Shown here one piece after another: positions 29,284-39,724 of a stretch of 64,000 nt of DNA. The notes under the pieces are model-generated. The model was not told the DNA's origin, did no database searches, and saw only the letters and a list, made by a program, of their open reading frames with translations. This DNA is from an uncultured delta proteobacterium (GTDB lineage Bacteria > Myxococcota > Myxococcia > Myxococcales > Myxococcaceae). The stretch lies in contig CAVQKE010000004.1 of the NCBI GenBank assembly GCA_963713045.1, positions 384,001 through 448,000 on the forward strand, read 5' to 3'. Position 1 is the first letter of the stretch; every line of letters begins with the position of its first letter. A program made the translations under genes and the position numbers.

Positions 29284-31746
29284 CTAGGCCCTGACTTCCG
29301 GCGCCGGCGGGACGTCCGCTTTGCCGAGGTCGCCGGGGGCCGGCTGGAAGGGGTTGCTTTCCAGGGCGTTGGCCAACACCTCGTCCATGCGGCTGACGAA
29401 GATGAATTCAATCTCCTTCTTCGCCTGTTCCGGGACGTCAACCAGGTCCTTGCGAACGCGCTCCGGGAGAATCACGCGCTTGATGCCCGCCCGGTGCGCC
29501 GCCAGCACCTTTTCCTTGATGCCGCCCACCGGGAGGACCAGACCGCGCAGCGTGGCCTCGCCCGTCATGGCGGTGTCGCCACGGACGCGGATGCCGGTCA
29601 ATAGCGAAGTCAATGCGGTGAGGATGGTGACGCCGGCTGAGGGGCCGTCTTTGGGGATGGCGCCTGCCGGGAAGTGCAGGTGGATGTCCATCTTCTCCAG
29701 GAAGTTGGGATTGATGCCCAACACGTCGGCCTTGCTGCGCAGGTAGCTGAGCGCCGCTTGCGCCGACTCCTTCATGACGTCGCCCAGCTGTCCGGTGAGC
29801 GTCATGCCGCCCTTGCCGGCCATCTTCGTCGCCTCGATGAAGAGCAAGTCGCCGCCCACCGCCGTCCAGGCGAGGCCGGTGGCCACGCCCGGCACTTCGG
29901 TGCGTTCGGCCACTTCGGAATAGAAGGACTCAGGCCCGAGAATCTCCTTCACCCGCTCCGGCGTAATGACTTGCTTGGCGTCCTTTCCGCCGGCCACGTC
30001 CACCGCCACCGCGCGGCAGCAGTCGGCGATGCGCCGCTCGAGGCTGCGCACCCCGGCCTCCCGGGTGTAGCTGGTGATGAGGGTGAGCAGCGCCTCGTCG
30101 GTGATTTCAATGTGCGCTGGCGACAGGCCATGTTCCTTGAGTTGCTTGGGAACCAGGTGCAGCCGCGCAATCTGCTGCTTTTCCTCGAAGGTGTACCCGG
30201 CCAACTCGATGATCTCCATCCGGTCGCGCAGCGGGCCGGGGATGGGGTCGAGCTGGTTGGCGGTGGCGATGAAGAGCACCCGGCTCAAGTCAAAAGGCAC
30301 ATCCAGGTAGTGGTCGCTGAAGCTGTTGTTCTGCTCCGGGTCGAGCACCTCCAGCAGCGCCGCGGAGGGGTCCCCGCGGAAGTCGGCCCCCAGCTTGTCG
30401 ATTTCGTCGAGCATCATCACCGGGTTCTTGGTGCCGGCCTTCTTCATGCTCTGGATGAAGCGGCCGGGGAGGGCGCCGACGTAGGTGCGCCGGTGCCCGC
30501 GAATCTCCGCCTCGTCGCGAACGCCGCCCAGCGATAGCCGGACGAACTTCCGACCCACCGAACGGGCGATGGACTGGCCGAGCGACGTCTTGCCGACGCC
30601 AGGCGGCCCCACCAGGCACAGAATCGGCCCCTTCATGTCGTTCTTCAGCTTGCGGACGGCGAGGTACTCCAGAATGCGCTTCTTCACTTTCTGGATGCCG
30701 TAGTGGTCGGCATCCAGGGTGGAGCGGGCATTCTCGATGTCGAGGTTGTCGTCGCTCTGCTTGCTCCAGGGCAAGTCGGCAATCCAGTCGAGGTAGGTGC
30801 GAGCGACGGTGTACTCGCTCGACGCCGCCGGGATGGTCTTCAGGCGGTTGAGCTCCTTGGTCGCCACCTTCTCCACTTCGGGGGGCAGCCCGGCCTTCTT
30901 CAGGCGCTCCTGAAGTTCGTCCAGCTCCTCCTCCTCCTCGCCCATCTCTCCCAGCTCCTCCTTGATGGCCTTGAGCTGTTGGCGCAAGTAGTACTCGCGC
31001 TGGGTCTTCGACATCTCGCCCTTCACGGCGGAGTCGATTTTGTTGGAGAGCTTGAGAATCTCTCGCTTCCGGTTGAGCACCTCGAGGACCAGCTTCATCC
31101 GTGCCTTGAGGTCCACCGTTTCGAGGACTGCCTGCTTTTCCTCGATGGGGACGTCGACGTTGGCGGCGATGAGGTCGGCCAAATGCCCCGGGTGGTTGAT
31201 GGATTCGACCAATTCGGTTGCGGCGGCGGGAAGCTCGGGCATCAACTCGATGACTTCGCGGGCCAGCTTCTTGAGGTTGATGCCGAGCGCCTCCACTTCG
31301 ACGTTTTCGGCAGCGGTCTTGTCTTCGACGGCCTCCACCCGGGCCTTGAGGTAGGGCGACTCCTGCACCAACTCCAGCACCCGGAAGCGGGCCAGCCCTT
31401 GGACCACCAGCGAGTAGTTGTCCTCGCCCATCTTCAGCAGCTTGACGATGCGGGCCACGGTCCCCATGGCGTAGAGGTCATTGGAGCCCGGGTCCTCCTC
31501 TTCCGCTCGGCGCTGGGTGACGACGCCGATGACTTGGTCATCGCGCACCGCGTCCTTGATGAGGGCGATGGTCTTCTGACGGCCGACCGCGAGGGGAAGC
31601 ACGCCCCCGGGGAAGAAGACCGAGTTGCGCAAGGGGAGAATGGGTAGCACGGCCGGGATGTCCTCCTTGTTGATGCTGCCCGGAGGAACCATCGGTGCGG
31701 CCATCGCAGTGGCGGACTGGCCACCCTTCTTCTTTTCTTCCGACAT
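29284..31746 (-). CDS. lon: ATP-dependent Lon protease (LonD/BsgA-like)
   Basis: [22 protein letters not shown] (catalytic Ser), IKEK (catalytic Lys). N-terminus [30 protein letters not shown] resembles M. xanthus LonD as recalled. Confidence 0.98.
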   Translation of the reverse strand: MSEEKKKGGQSATAMAAPMVPPGSINKEDIPAVLPILPLRNSVFFPGGVLPLAVGRQKTIALIKDAVRDDQVIGVVTQRRAEEEDPGSNDLYAMGTVARIVKLLKMGEDNYSLVVQGLARFRVLELVQESPYLKARVEAVEDKTAAENVEVEALGINLKKLAREVIELMPELPAAATELVESINHPGHLADLIAANVDVPIEEKQAVLETVDLKARMKLVLEVLNRKREILKLSNKIDSAVKGEMSKTQREYYLRQQLKAIKEELGEMGEEEEELDELQERLKKAGLPPEVEKVATKELNRLKTIPAASSEYTVARTYLDWIADLPWSKQSDDNLDIENARSTLDADHYGIQKVKKRILEYLAVRKLKNDMKGPILCLVGPPGVGKTSLGQSIARSVGRKFVRLSLGGVRDEAEIRGHRRTYVGALPGRFIQSMKKAGTKNPVMMLDEIDKLGADFRGDPSAALLEVLDPEQNNSFSDHYLDVPFDLSRVLFIATANQLDPIPGPLRDRMEIIELAGYTFEEKQQIARLHLVPKQLKEHGLSPAHIEITDEALLTLITSYTREAGVRSLERRIADCCRAVAVDVAGGKDAKQVITPERVKEILGPESFYSEVAERTEVPGVATGLAWTAVGGDLLFIEATKMAGKGGMTLTGQLGDVMKESAQAALSYLRSKADVLGINPNFLEKMDIHLHFPAGAIPKDGPSAGVTILTALTSLLTGIRVRGDTAMTGEATLRGLVLPVGGIKEKVLAAHRAGIKRVILPERVRKDLVDVPEQAKKEIEFIFVSRMDEVLANALESNPFQPAPGDLGKADVPPAPEVRA

Positions 31747-32068
31747 ATGAAATTTCGACTCCGTTCTAGAAACGCAAAGTACCAACGACGCCTTGACGTT
31801 CTGGTACCGGACAGGGTGCACGCTAGCAACGAAAAGTCCGGGGGAGAAACGCCCGGGGGAAGGCACCCGTCACCCGTCACTCAACTGACTAAGACAGCTT
31901 GGGCCCGCGTCAAGGGACTGTCCGGGGCCACAAGGGCCAAGTCGCGAGGGCACCGCCGTCTGCGGTGAGGAAGGGGCCTTTGCAGTTGGTGTGGGTGCGG
32001 GGCCCAGCAGAGGCGCGAAGGGGGAAGGGGAGGCCAAAAGAGTTTGCGTGTCGGCCGCCTTGGCGATA

Positions 32069-32084
32069 CTGAACTTCTGTTTAG
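32069..32084. promoter_or_regulatory. Candidate LexA box upstream of imuA
   Basis: CTGAAC-TTCT-GTTTAG imperfect palindrome 17 nt before the ATG; 14/17 match by hand to the recalled M. xanthus consensus CTRHAMRYBYGTTCAGS. Confidence 0.75.
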
Positions 32085-32101
32085 TCTAGGGCAGGAGCGC
32101 C

Positions 32102-32941
32102 ATGGACGCAGCACGGGGCAACCTCGAGACGGTGGAGCGGCTGCGCGCGCACATTCAAGCGCTGCAGGCGGCCCCCCGCACCCACCTCGCCGTGTTGCGC
32201 ACCGGCGTGGCGGCGGTGGACGCCCTGCTGCCCGCCGGCGGCTTTCCCTTGGGACAGCTGGTGGAGTTGTGGGGAAGCGCGGCCTCCGGCCGCACACGCC
32301 TTGCCCTGCGCGCGGTGGCGGAGGCCCATCGCGCACTGCGGTTGGCGGCCTACGTGGACGGGCCAGGGGAATTGTACCCGCCGGCGCTGGCTGCGCTGGG
32401 GGTGGACCCGGCTCGGCTTCTCTGGGTCCGCCCTGCGGTGGTGGCCAGTGGCACGCCCGCCCAGCCCTCGCACCTTGCTTGGGCGGCGCTGCAGCTTTTG
32501 CGCAGTGGCGCCTTCGCCTGCGTGGTGCTGGACCTCACCCACACCGGCCACCGCCTCGCGCCCCAAGCCTGTAAGCGACTCCTCGACGCTGCCACCCACA
32601 GCGGCGGACTTCTTTTGCTTCTCACCCCGGAGGAGATGCCTGCTGACGGAAGCCTCCGGCTGCGGCTGGAGGCTGGCCTTCACGGGGTACACGTGGAAGT
32701 GGTGCGCAGCCGACAGGGAATGCGGGCGCGCTCTGCGGATGTCCCTTGGGAGGCGCTCGCCGCGTGGGGCTCGCCCACTCAGTCGCCCGGGCGCCTCGTC
32801 CCCCAGCCAGCCACAGCGGAGCCGGACAAGCCTTTCCAGCGCCCGCGCCCCTCCGAGGTGCGCAATGGCCGCTGTGGCATTCAAGGGCAACGGCCCGGCC
32901 GGGACTTGGCGCTGCCCGAACTCGCTTCGGAACTGTGCTGA
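32102..32941 (+). CDS. imuA: ImuA (RecA-like mutasome accessory protein)
   Basis: TGVAAVDALLP.GGFP.G.LVEL, degenerate Walker A GSAASGRT, LYPPALAALGVD..RLLWV, LLRSGAF; directly upstream of imuB. Confidence 0.9.
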   Translation: MDAARGNLETVERLRAHIQALQAAPRTHLAVLRTGVAAVDALLPAGGFPLGQLVELWGSAASGRTRLALRAVAEAHRALRLAAYVDGPGELYPPALAALGVDPARLLWVRPAVVASGTPAQPSHLAWAALQLLRSGAFACVVLDLTHTGHRLAPQACKRLLDAATHSGGLLLLLTPEEMPADGSLRLRLEAGLHGVHVEVVRSRQGMRARSADVPWEALAAWGSPTQSPGRLVPQPATAEPDKPFQRPRPSEVRNGRCGIQGQRPGRDLALPELASELC

Positions 32942-32942
32942 C

Positions 32943-34472
32943 ATGCGTGTGGCTTACCTGCACCTGCCTCGCTTCCCGGTGCAGCGCCGGCAGTCTGCTG
33001 AAGCCACTCCGTCGGAAGGGGCAGGCCCGCCGCGGGCGCTGGTGCACCAGGTGCGCGGCGTCCAGAGGGTGGCTTGCCTGTCGGCCTCGGCTTCGGCGGC
33101 GGGCGTGCGGACGGGAATGTCCCTGGCAGCAGCCCGCGCGCTTTTGCCCACGCTTCAGGACATGCCCTACCACGCCGCTGAGGAGGCCGCGGCACTCGGC
33201 ACGGTGGCCGAAGGGCTTCTCGCCTTGGCTCCGGCCACCATGTCCTCGCCTCCCGACGGCTTCTGGCTGGACGCCTCCGCCGCCTCCCTCGTTGGCGGCG
33301 AGCAAGCGCTGCTGGAGCGCGCGCTCGCCATTCTCGGGACGCTGGGACTTCGCGGCCGGGGCGCGGTGGCCTCGGAGTTGTTTACTGCCCGGGCGCTGGC
33401 CCGCTTCGCTGGCCCGCGGCTGAGTGTGGCGGCCCGCGGCACCTCAGCCCAGGCCCTCGCCGCGTTGCCCCTCCAGGCGCTGGAAGCCGTGGACGCGCCG
33501 GTGCGCGAGGCCTTCGCCGGCTTTGGGCTGACGACCCTCGGGGAGGTGGCGAGGCTTGCTCCTGCGCAGGTGGTGACGCGGCTGGGAGCGCGGGGCCTTC
33601 GTGCCCAACGACTCGCCCGCGGCGAGGACGAGACGCGCTTCCTCCCGGCGCTTGTCCCGGAAGTGGTGGAGGAGGTCCGCGTGCTGGAGACGCCCGCCGA
33701 AGCCTGCGAGGCGCTCCTCTTCGTCCTCAAGGGCATGGTGGAGGCGCTGTGTGCGCGGTTGCGCGGGCGAAGCCGGGCGGCCGTTCGCCTCACCTTGACG
33801 CTGCTTCTTGAGCCGGATGGCCCGAGCGCCTTCCCCCTTGTCCTGGCCCGTCCCAGCGCTGAGTCGAAGCTGCTGCAAGACCTCCTCCGCCACCGGCTGG
33901 AAGACCTCCGGCTGCCCGCGCCGGTGGCCACGGTGGTGCTCACCGTGGATGAGTCTTGTGAGGACCGCGGCCAGCAGCGCGTGCTGGGGGCTCTGCCCGA
34001 AGGCGACGCTGGGCTGGACAGCGTCCTGGCCCGCCTGGCAACGGCTCTCGGCCCGACGGCGCTGTCCTCCCCCCGGGCCGCGGAGGACCATCGCCCCGAG
34101 GCGGCCCGTGCCCTGGCGCCCTTCCATCCGCCCGGCGCCGAACAGGGGTTGCACGCCGAGCTGCGCCGCGCGCCGGCCATCCTCCCGCCTCCGGAGGCCC
34201 ATTCCGCAGAACGCCCGGTGCGCCTTTTCGCCCGGCCGGCCCCCTTGCCGGTGGAACTCGGCCCGGCTGGGGAGCTGCAAGGGGCACGGCTGCTTGGGCG
34301 GCGTCGTCGGGTGCTTGGCCTGGCCGGGCCGGAGCGCCTGGGTGGCCAGTGGTGGACACCGACGCCCTTCGCCCGGGACTACTACCGAGTGCACTTCGAG
34401 GGGCTGGGGCCGGCGTGGGTGTTTCGAGATGCGTGCGACGGCTGCTTCTACTTGCACGGCTTCTTCGACTGA
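32943..34472 (+). CDS. imuB: ImuB (catalytically inactive Y-family polymerase homolog)
   Basis: YLHLPRFPVQ, GV.TGMSLAAARAL, C-terminal GPERLGGQWW..RDYY.....WVF..FYLHGFFD; lacks Y-family catalytic acidic motifs. Confidence 0.92.
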   Translation: MRVAYLHLPRFPVQRRQSAEATPSEGAGPPRALVHQVRGVQRVACLSASASAAGVRTGMSLAAARALLPTLQDMPYHAAEEAAALGTVAEGLLALAPATMSSPPDGFWLDASAASLVGGEQALLERALAILGTLGLRGRGAVASELFTARALARFAGPRLSVAARGTSAQALAALPLQALEAVDAPVREAFAGFGLTTLGEVARLAPAQVVTRLGARGLRAQRLARGEDETRFLPALVPEVVEEVRVLETPAEACEALLFVLKGMVEALCARLRGRSRAAVRLTLTLLLEPDGPSAFPLVLARPSAESKLLQDLLRHRLEDLRLPAPVATVVLTVDESCEDRGQQRVLGALPEGDAGLDSVLARLATALGPTALSSPRAAEDHRPEAARALAPFHPPGAEQGLHAELRRAPAILPPPEAHSAERPVRLFARPAPLPVELGPAGELQGARLLGRRRRVLGLAGPERLGGQWWTPTPFARDYYRVHFEGLGPAWVFRDACDGCFYLHGFFD

Positions 34473-34537
34473 CGCTTCGCTGGCACCCGCCGGCGCCTGC
34501 GCTTAAAGCCTCCTCCTCTCCCTTTCGCCGGTCCCCC

Positions 34538-35155
34538 ATGCCTTCTGCCGCCTCCCGCCCCCGCGCTCTTCTGGTTTCGGCGGACCCCCTCGTCCGGGCC
34601 GGACTGCGCGGCGTCCTGGCCGAGGCCCAGTGGGAGGTGGCCGGAGAGGTGGACGCCCTCGGGCGGGCCCCCTCCGCCTGGCTGGAGCTGCCGTTTGAGG
34701 CCGTCCTGTGGGACGCCGGCCCAACCCCCCGCCTCACCGCAGACGAGGCACGGGCATTTCCGGTGGTGGCGCTGGTGCAGGACGAGCAGGCTGCCCGCGC
34801 GGTGCTGGCGTCCGGAGCGGCCGGTGCGCTGCTTCGCAGTGCGGAGCCGGCCACCATCGGCGCTGCCCTGGCGGCGGCAGCGCGCGGGCTGACGGTTTCC
34901 GACGGGCACTTCCCCCACCTGCGTCCGCTGCCCGAGGTGCGGGCCGCCGCGTCGCCCGGGGACTTCACGCCCCGGGAGCGGGAGGTGCTGGCGCTGCTGG
35001 CCGAGGGCCTCCCCAACCTCGCCATTGCCGAGCGCCTCGGCATCAGCCGGCATACGGTGAAGTTTCACGTCAATGCGCTGCTGCAAAAGCTGGGCGTCGA
35101 GCGACGCACCGAAGCGGTGGTGCGGGCCGCTCGCCTAGGACTCATCGTCCTGTAA
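34538..35155 (+). CDS. NarL/LuxR-family regulator with atypical receiver domain
   Basis: C-terminal TPREREVLALLAEGLPN..IAERLGISRHTVKFHV HTH; receiver lacks the acidic pocket and the conserved Lys. Confidence 0.88.
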   Translation: MPSAASRPRALLVSADPLVRAGLRGVLAEAQWEVAGEVDALGRAPSAWLELPFEAVLWDAGPTPRLTADEARAFPVVALVQDEQAARAVLASGAAGALLRSAEPATIGAALAAAARGLTVSDGHFPHLRPLPEVRAAASPGDFTPREREVLALLAEGLPNLAIAERLGISRHTVKFHVNALLQKLGVERRTEAVVRAARLGLIVL

Positions 35156-35239
35156 AGCGCCCTGCCCAAACGGGCAGGGCCACCGGGCTACCCATTGTGT
35201 CGATGTGGTGGGCCCCGCCAGGCGCTTAGCTTTCTCCCC

Positions 35240-36142
35240 ATGACTTCCTCTTCCTCCCCCTCCGTCGCAACTTCCCTCTCCGACAGCCTGGCCGACGCCA
35301 CCGCCTCCGTCGGTCGCTCTCTGGTCACCATTGCCGGCCGGCGCTGGCCAGCCAGCGGCGTGGCCTACGCGGCAGACCTGGTCCTCACCGCGGCGCACGC
35401 CGTCAACCGTTTGGAGCGCCTGGCCGTCCACCTGGACGGCGTGGAAACGCCGGCCGAGCTGGTGGGGCAGGACGCGGCGCTGGACCTCGCCCTTCTGCGG
35501 GTGAGTGGCGCCAAGCTGGAACCGGCACGCTGGCGCCCGTCGGCGGGCCTGCGTCCGGGAAGCTTGGTGCTGGCCGTGGCGCGGCCGCGCGGGAATGTGC
35601 GGGTGCGCCTCGGCCTTCTGGCCGCCGTTGGCCCGGCCTTCCGGACGCCGTGGGGTGCGCGCGTCGACGCCGCGCTGGACGTCGAATTGTCCGCCCGCCC
35701 GGGTCTGGCTGGGGCCGCGGTGGCAGACCTGGAGGGCCAGGCGTTGGGCCTCCTCGTGTCCGGGCTGGGGCGGTCGCGCCGCATGCTGTTGCCAACTGAG
35801 ACCTTGGCCCGCACTGCCGAGGAGCTGTTGGCCCAGGGACGGGTGCGACGCGGCTACCTGGGTGTTGGGACGCAGCCGGTGCGTTTGCCAAGTGCACTGC
35901 GCGGCGTGGCCGGCCGCGAGCATGGGCTGTTGGTGGTGGCCGTGGAATCGGGCAGTCCGGCCGACGCCGCAGGGTTGATGTTTGGAGACGTCCTTCTTCA
36001 AGTGGGGACCACCGGCACGGCGGACGTGGAGGACTTGCTCGGCACCTTGGCCGAGGCGCGCATTGGAGAGGCTCTCGGAGTGCAGCTGCTGCGCGCCGGA
36101 GCGGTCGAGGAACGCTCGGTCACGGTGGGCGTTCGGCCGTGA
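35240..36142 (+). CDS. S1C (HtrA-like) protease homolog with PDZ, catalytic Ser replaced
   Basis: LTAAH (His), DLALL (Asp), PGLAGA instead of GxSGG; GYLGV PDZ motif; no signal peptide. Confidence 0.85.
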   Translation: MTSSSSPSVATSLSDSLADATASVGRSLVTIAGRRWPASGVAYAADLVLTAAHAVNRLERLAVHLDGVETPAELVGQDAALDLALLRVSGAKLEPARWRPSAGLRPGSLVLAVARPRGNVRVRLGLLAAVGPAFRTPWGARVDAALDVELSARPGLAGAAVADLEGQALGLLVSGLGRSRRMLLPTETLARTAEELLAQGRVRRGYLGVGTQPVRLPSALRGVAGREHGLLVVAVESGSPADAAGLMFGDVLLQVGTTGTADVEDLLGTLAEARIGEALGVQLLRAGAVEERSVTVGVRP

Positions 36143-37035
36143 CGGCACTGCAGACCCTGTCCAATGAATTGGAAGCGCTGGTGACGCGCGCCAGCCACTC
36201 GGTGGTGGGCGTGGAGCAAGGGCGCGGGGCGGGCACCGGCGTGGTGGTGGCCCAAGACGGCTACCTCCTCACCAACCACCACGTCGCCGGCGGGGGACGC
36301 GCCCTGCGCATCCGCCTGCCGGACGGCGAAGCGGTGAGCGCTGAGTTGGTGGGGGCGGACCCGCAGACGGACTTGGCGGTGGTGCGCGTCCGCGGAATGC
36401 AGCTGCAGCACCTGACGCTGGCCCCCACGGCGCGGGTGGGACAGCTGGTGGTGGCCATTGGAAACCCCTTTCGCTTTGAGCGGTCGGTCAGCGTGGGCAT
36501 TGTCAGCGCCACCGACCGCAGCCTGCCCGGGCCGGGCGGCGACGTCTTTGAGGGGCTGGTGCAGACGGATGCTGCCATCAACCCGGGCAACTCCGGCGGC
36601 CCACTGGTGAATGCCTCGGGCGAGGTGGTGGGCATCAACACCGCCGTCATTCCCTGGGCGCAGGGCATGGGCTTTGCCGTCTCCTCCCGCACCGCCACCT
36701 GGGTGACCAGCGTCCTCATCCAGCACGGCGAGGTGAGGCGGCGGCTGTTGGGCATTGCCGCCCGCTCGGAGTTGCTGCCCCGCGCCGTCGCCGAGGCAGC
36801 AGGGCAGCCGCGAGGCGTGCGGGTGCTGCAAGTCAGCCAGGGCTCCTCCGCCGCTGACGCCGGCCTGCGCGGCGAGGACGTCATCCTCGGCGTCCACGGC
36901 GAGCCGGTGGCCAACGTGGACGACATTCACCGGCTGATGGTGCTGCGGGGCACGGACACCGTGCCGCTGGCGGTGTGGCGCGACGGCGCGCGGGTGCACC
37001 TGGTTGCAGTGACGCGCGTCCGCCAGGCCGCTTGA
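36139..37035 (+). CDS. S1C (HtrA/DegP-like) serine protease with PDZ
   Basis: LTNHHV, DLAVV, QTDAAINPGNSGGPL intact triad; no signal peptide; GTGA overlap with the previous gene. Confidence 0.95.
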   Translation: MTALQTLSNELEALVTRASHSVVGVEQGRGAGTGVVVAQDGYLLTNHHVAGGGRALRIRLPDGEAVSAELVGADPQTDLAVVRVRGMQLQHLTLAPTARVGQLVVAIGNPFRFERSVSVGIVSATDRSLPGPGGDVFEGLVQTDAAINPGNSGGPLVNASGEVVGINTAVIPWAQGMGFAVSSRTATWVTSVLIQHGEVRRRLLGIAARSELLPRAVAEAAGQPRGVRVLQVSQGSSAADAGLRGEDVILGVHGEPVANVDDIHRLMVLRGTDTVPLAVWRDGARVHLVAVTRVRQAA

Positions 37036-37164
37036 CGGCCACAAGACCGGACACGGGGGGGGGCGTGAAAGCGCACCGCGGGCCGCACAGCGCAGCGTAA
37101 GCTGCCCGGCACGGGCCCCCGGAGGGGGAGGCCGCCTCCACACTTCAGAAGGGGAGCCTCTCAC

Positions 37165-38646
37165 ATGGTGCGTGGTGTCGCTGGGGTGTTGCTGGCCGGG
37201 GTGCTGTCGTCCTCGGGAACCAAGGCGGAGTCAGCGCCGGCGGACCCGCGCCCGGCGCTGTTGAAGCGCGCAGCGGGGGAGACGCCCCTGGCAACCGACT
37301 TGGAGGAACTGACCGACCGCGTCGGCGGCCGGCCAACGGGCACCCCGGCCTGCACCCGCGCTGAGACCTGGGCCAGAGACCGCTTCCGCGCGCTGAAGCT
37401 GTCCAGGGTGGAACTGGAAGCTTTCACGCTGCCGGTGTTGTGGCTTCCCGGCACGGTGGAGGTCCGCGTCACTGCGCCGGAAGCTTTCCTCGTCCGGGCG
37501 GTGGCGGCGCCGGCGTCCCCGTCTTTGGCCCCCTTGGAAACGCGCGTGCTGGACGCAGGGGAGGGGACCGAGGCGGACTTCGCCCGCCTTGGGAAGGACG
37601 CCGCCGGGGCCATCCTCCTGGTCCACCAAAAGGAGATGAAGACGTTTGAGCAGCTTTTTGAGGAGTACATGCGCAGCCGGCCCTTGTTGGCGGCGGCGCG
37701 GGCGGTGCGGGCCTCCGCGGTGCTTCTGGAGTCGACCCGGCCGCGGGGGCTGTTGTACCGGCACCCGGTGGACTTTGGAGCCTTAGCGCCGGTGCCGGCC
37801 ATCCTCATCTCGCGCGAGGGCGCCGAGCGGATGGGGCGGCTGCTGGCCCACGGTGAGGTGCGTGCCCGGGTGGCGATGCAGAACAAGACGGGGGGCGTCA
37901 ACGTCTCGGAAAACGTCGTCGGCGAAATTCGCGGACGGGAGAAGCCGGAGGAAGTGGTGCTGTTGGGGGCCCACCTGGACAGCTGGGACTTGGGGACCGG
38001 CGCTGAGGACAACGGCGTCAACGTCGCGCTGGTGTTGGACGTGGCCCGCGCCTTCAAGGAGTTGGGCCTGGTGCCGCGCCGGACGGTGCGCTTCGTCCTC
38101 TTCACCGGCGAGGAGCAGGGCATGTACGGCTCAGCCGGCTACGCGGAACGCCACAAGCCGGAGCTGCGGGACCACGTCGGCGTCGTCATTTTTGACGTCG
38201 GCTCGGGCCACACCTCCGGCTTCGCGGTGAGCGGCCGAAAGGAGTTGCGCCCGGCGCTGGCCCGCGCCTTCTCCGGCGTGCCCGGCCTTGGCGAGGAGGG
38301 CGCCCATTCCCTGGACGCCTTCGATGGGACGGACAACTTCGACTTCCTGCTGGCGGGGGTGCCCACCTTCGTCGCCGACCAGGACCCGGTGCCGTACCTG
38401 CCGGACTACCATGCCGAGTCCGACGTCTTTGAACGCGTCAACCTCGCCGAGGCCAAGCGCAACGCCGGGCTGGCGGCAGTGCTGGTGTGGGCCCTGGCCG
38501 AGGCACCGCAGCCCCCAGGCAGGCACCAGAGCCGCTCCGAAGTGGAGGCCCTCCTCAAGGCGACGAAGCTGGACCAGCAGATGAAGGGCTTTGGCCAATG
38601 GGAGGACTGGGCGGCCGGGAAGCGTGGCTTTCCGCGGCCCCCCTGA
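37165..38646 (+). CDS. M28 family metallopeptidase with PA domain (carboxypeptidase Q-like)
   Basis: Signal peptide; GAHLDSWD, GAEDNG, FTGEEQG, DYHAESD. Confidence 0.92.
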   Translation: MVRGVAGVLLAGVLSSSGTKAESAPADPRPALLKRAAGETPLATDLEELTDRVGGRPTGTPACTRAETWARDRFRALKLSRVELEAFTLPVLWLPGTVEVRVTAPEAFLVRAVAAPASPSLAPLETRVLDAGEGTEADFARLGKDAAGAILLVHQKEMKTFEQLFEEYMRSRPLLAAARAVRASAVLLESTRPRGLLYRHPVDFGALAPVPAILISREGAERMGRLLAHGEVRARVAMQNKTGGVNVSENVVGEIRGREKPEEVVLLGAHLDSWDLGTGAEDNGVNVALVLDVARAFKELGLVPRRTVRFVLFTGEEQGMYGSAGYAERHKPELRDHVGVVIFDVGSGHTSGFAVSGRKELRPALARAFSGVPGLGEEGAHSLDAFDGTDNFDFLLAGVPTFVADQDPVPYLPDYHAESDVFERVNLAEAKRNAGLAAVLVWALAEAPQPPGRHQSRSEVEALLKATKLDQQMKGFGQWEDWAAGKRGFPRPP

Positions 38647-38676
38647 GGTGGCCCTTGGCCCCACGGACGGTGGCCC

Positions 38677-39534
38677 CTAGTTGGCCGAAGCCGGATTGAG
38701 GATGGCCCACAGGCCCATGAAGCCGTTGCCGCCGGTGGCGCCGGGCACGCTGTCGTTGGCGTCGTAGTACAGCGGGTGGCCGTCGAAGGCAGACTGCATG
38801 CTGCCGTCGGGCCGGGTGAAGGTGGTGAGCCGCGTCGAGTCGATGCCGGTGGGCGTGACGGTGCCACTGGCCAGGAACAGGGGCCAGCTGTCCAGGCAGC
38901 TGCCGGTGCACGCCGAGACGGGCGGCGTGGACGCCGAGCCGACAGTGTCGTCACGGAAGGCGTAGACGGTGCGGCCCTGGGGGTCGGCCAGGTAGAGGGG
39001 CGTGCCAGTGGCAGACTTCGTCATCGCCAACAGCGAGTAGAAGGGCTCGCGGATGACGTACCAGGCTTCGAAGTTGTCCCCGGTGGTGTCGCCCGCCTGG
39101 GCGTCGCCGGCGTAGAAGTACAGTGGCCAGCCGCGGAAGGTGGCTTGCTTGGCACCGTCGGGCCGGGTGAATTCGGCGAAGTCCGTGGCCTGCAGTCCAC
39201 TGGCCAGCGTCGGGTTGGCGACGTCGAAGATGGGCCAGAGGGCGAGGCAATTTTCGGCCGTGGCGCAGTTGGACACCGGGCCCTGTGCCGCTGTCCCGGG
39301 CAAGTCCAAACCGAAGTAGTACAGCGTCTTGCCGCTGGCCACGAGGTAGTTGCCGAGGCTTGCCTTGGACGCGAGTTGAATGTCGGCGCCTGACGCAGGA
39401 GGCGTGCCGCTTCCTGAGGGACCGGTCGATGCAGCGCTGCCGCTTCCACACCCGGCGGCGATGAGACTCGCCAGGGCGATGGGGACCAGCCACGCGCGTG
39501 CGCGAGGGGGACGGATTGGTGCGGCTGTCGACAT
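38677..39534 (-). CDS. Lipoprotein with secreted Y-x4-D repeats (Lipoprotein_15/COG4315-like)
   Basis: LIAAG-C lipobox; duplicated GxTLY.F..D...C...C...WP and RPDG..Q..F.G.PLY.Y..D modules; GAGGAG SD. Confidence 0.9.
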   Translation of the reverse strand: MSTAAPIRPPRARAWLVPIALASLIAAGCGSGSAASTGPSGSGTPPASGADIQLASKASLGNYLVASGKTLYYFGLDLPGTAAQGPVSNCATAENCLALWPIFDVANPTLASGLQATDFAEFTRPDGAKQATFRGWPLYFYAGDAQAGDTTGDNFEAWYVIREPFYSLLAMTKSATGTPLYLADPQGRTVYAFRDDTVGSASTPPVSACTGSCLDSWPLFLASGTVTPTGIDSTRLTTFTRPDGSMQSAFDGHPLYYDANDSVPGATGGNGFMGLWAILNPASAN

Positions 39535-39724
39535 GTGTTGCTCCTCAAGGTTGCGTCCCAAACGCGTGATTGCGTCCGGGTGCACCACCAGTAAGGAGCG
39601 ACGCCTGCCCAGCACATCCCCTCTTCAGGGAAGCCGAAGTCACCGAGGCTCAAGTGGCTTCGAATTGGAGGAAAGGAGACAGGGCCGTCGGCCGAAGCGG
39701 CAACGGGGGTGGACGACCACGCCT

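Noticed and set aside
31747..31866. N-terminal extensions given by the ORF track for lon (also map, imuB, dnaE2, mutL, slt, kinase)
   Set aside because: Extensions are non-homologous and overlap neighbouring genes or regulatory DNA; downstream starts fit the family N-termini better.
32102..32941. recA
   Set aside because: Walker A is degenerate (GSAASGRT), RecA core motifs are missing, and context with imuB indicates ImuA.
37055..37063. G9 tract as a phase-variation switch for the M28 peptidase
   Set aside because: Single intergenic homopolymer in GC-rich DNA with no recognisable flanking promoter elements; length may also be a sequencing artefact.
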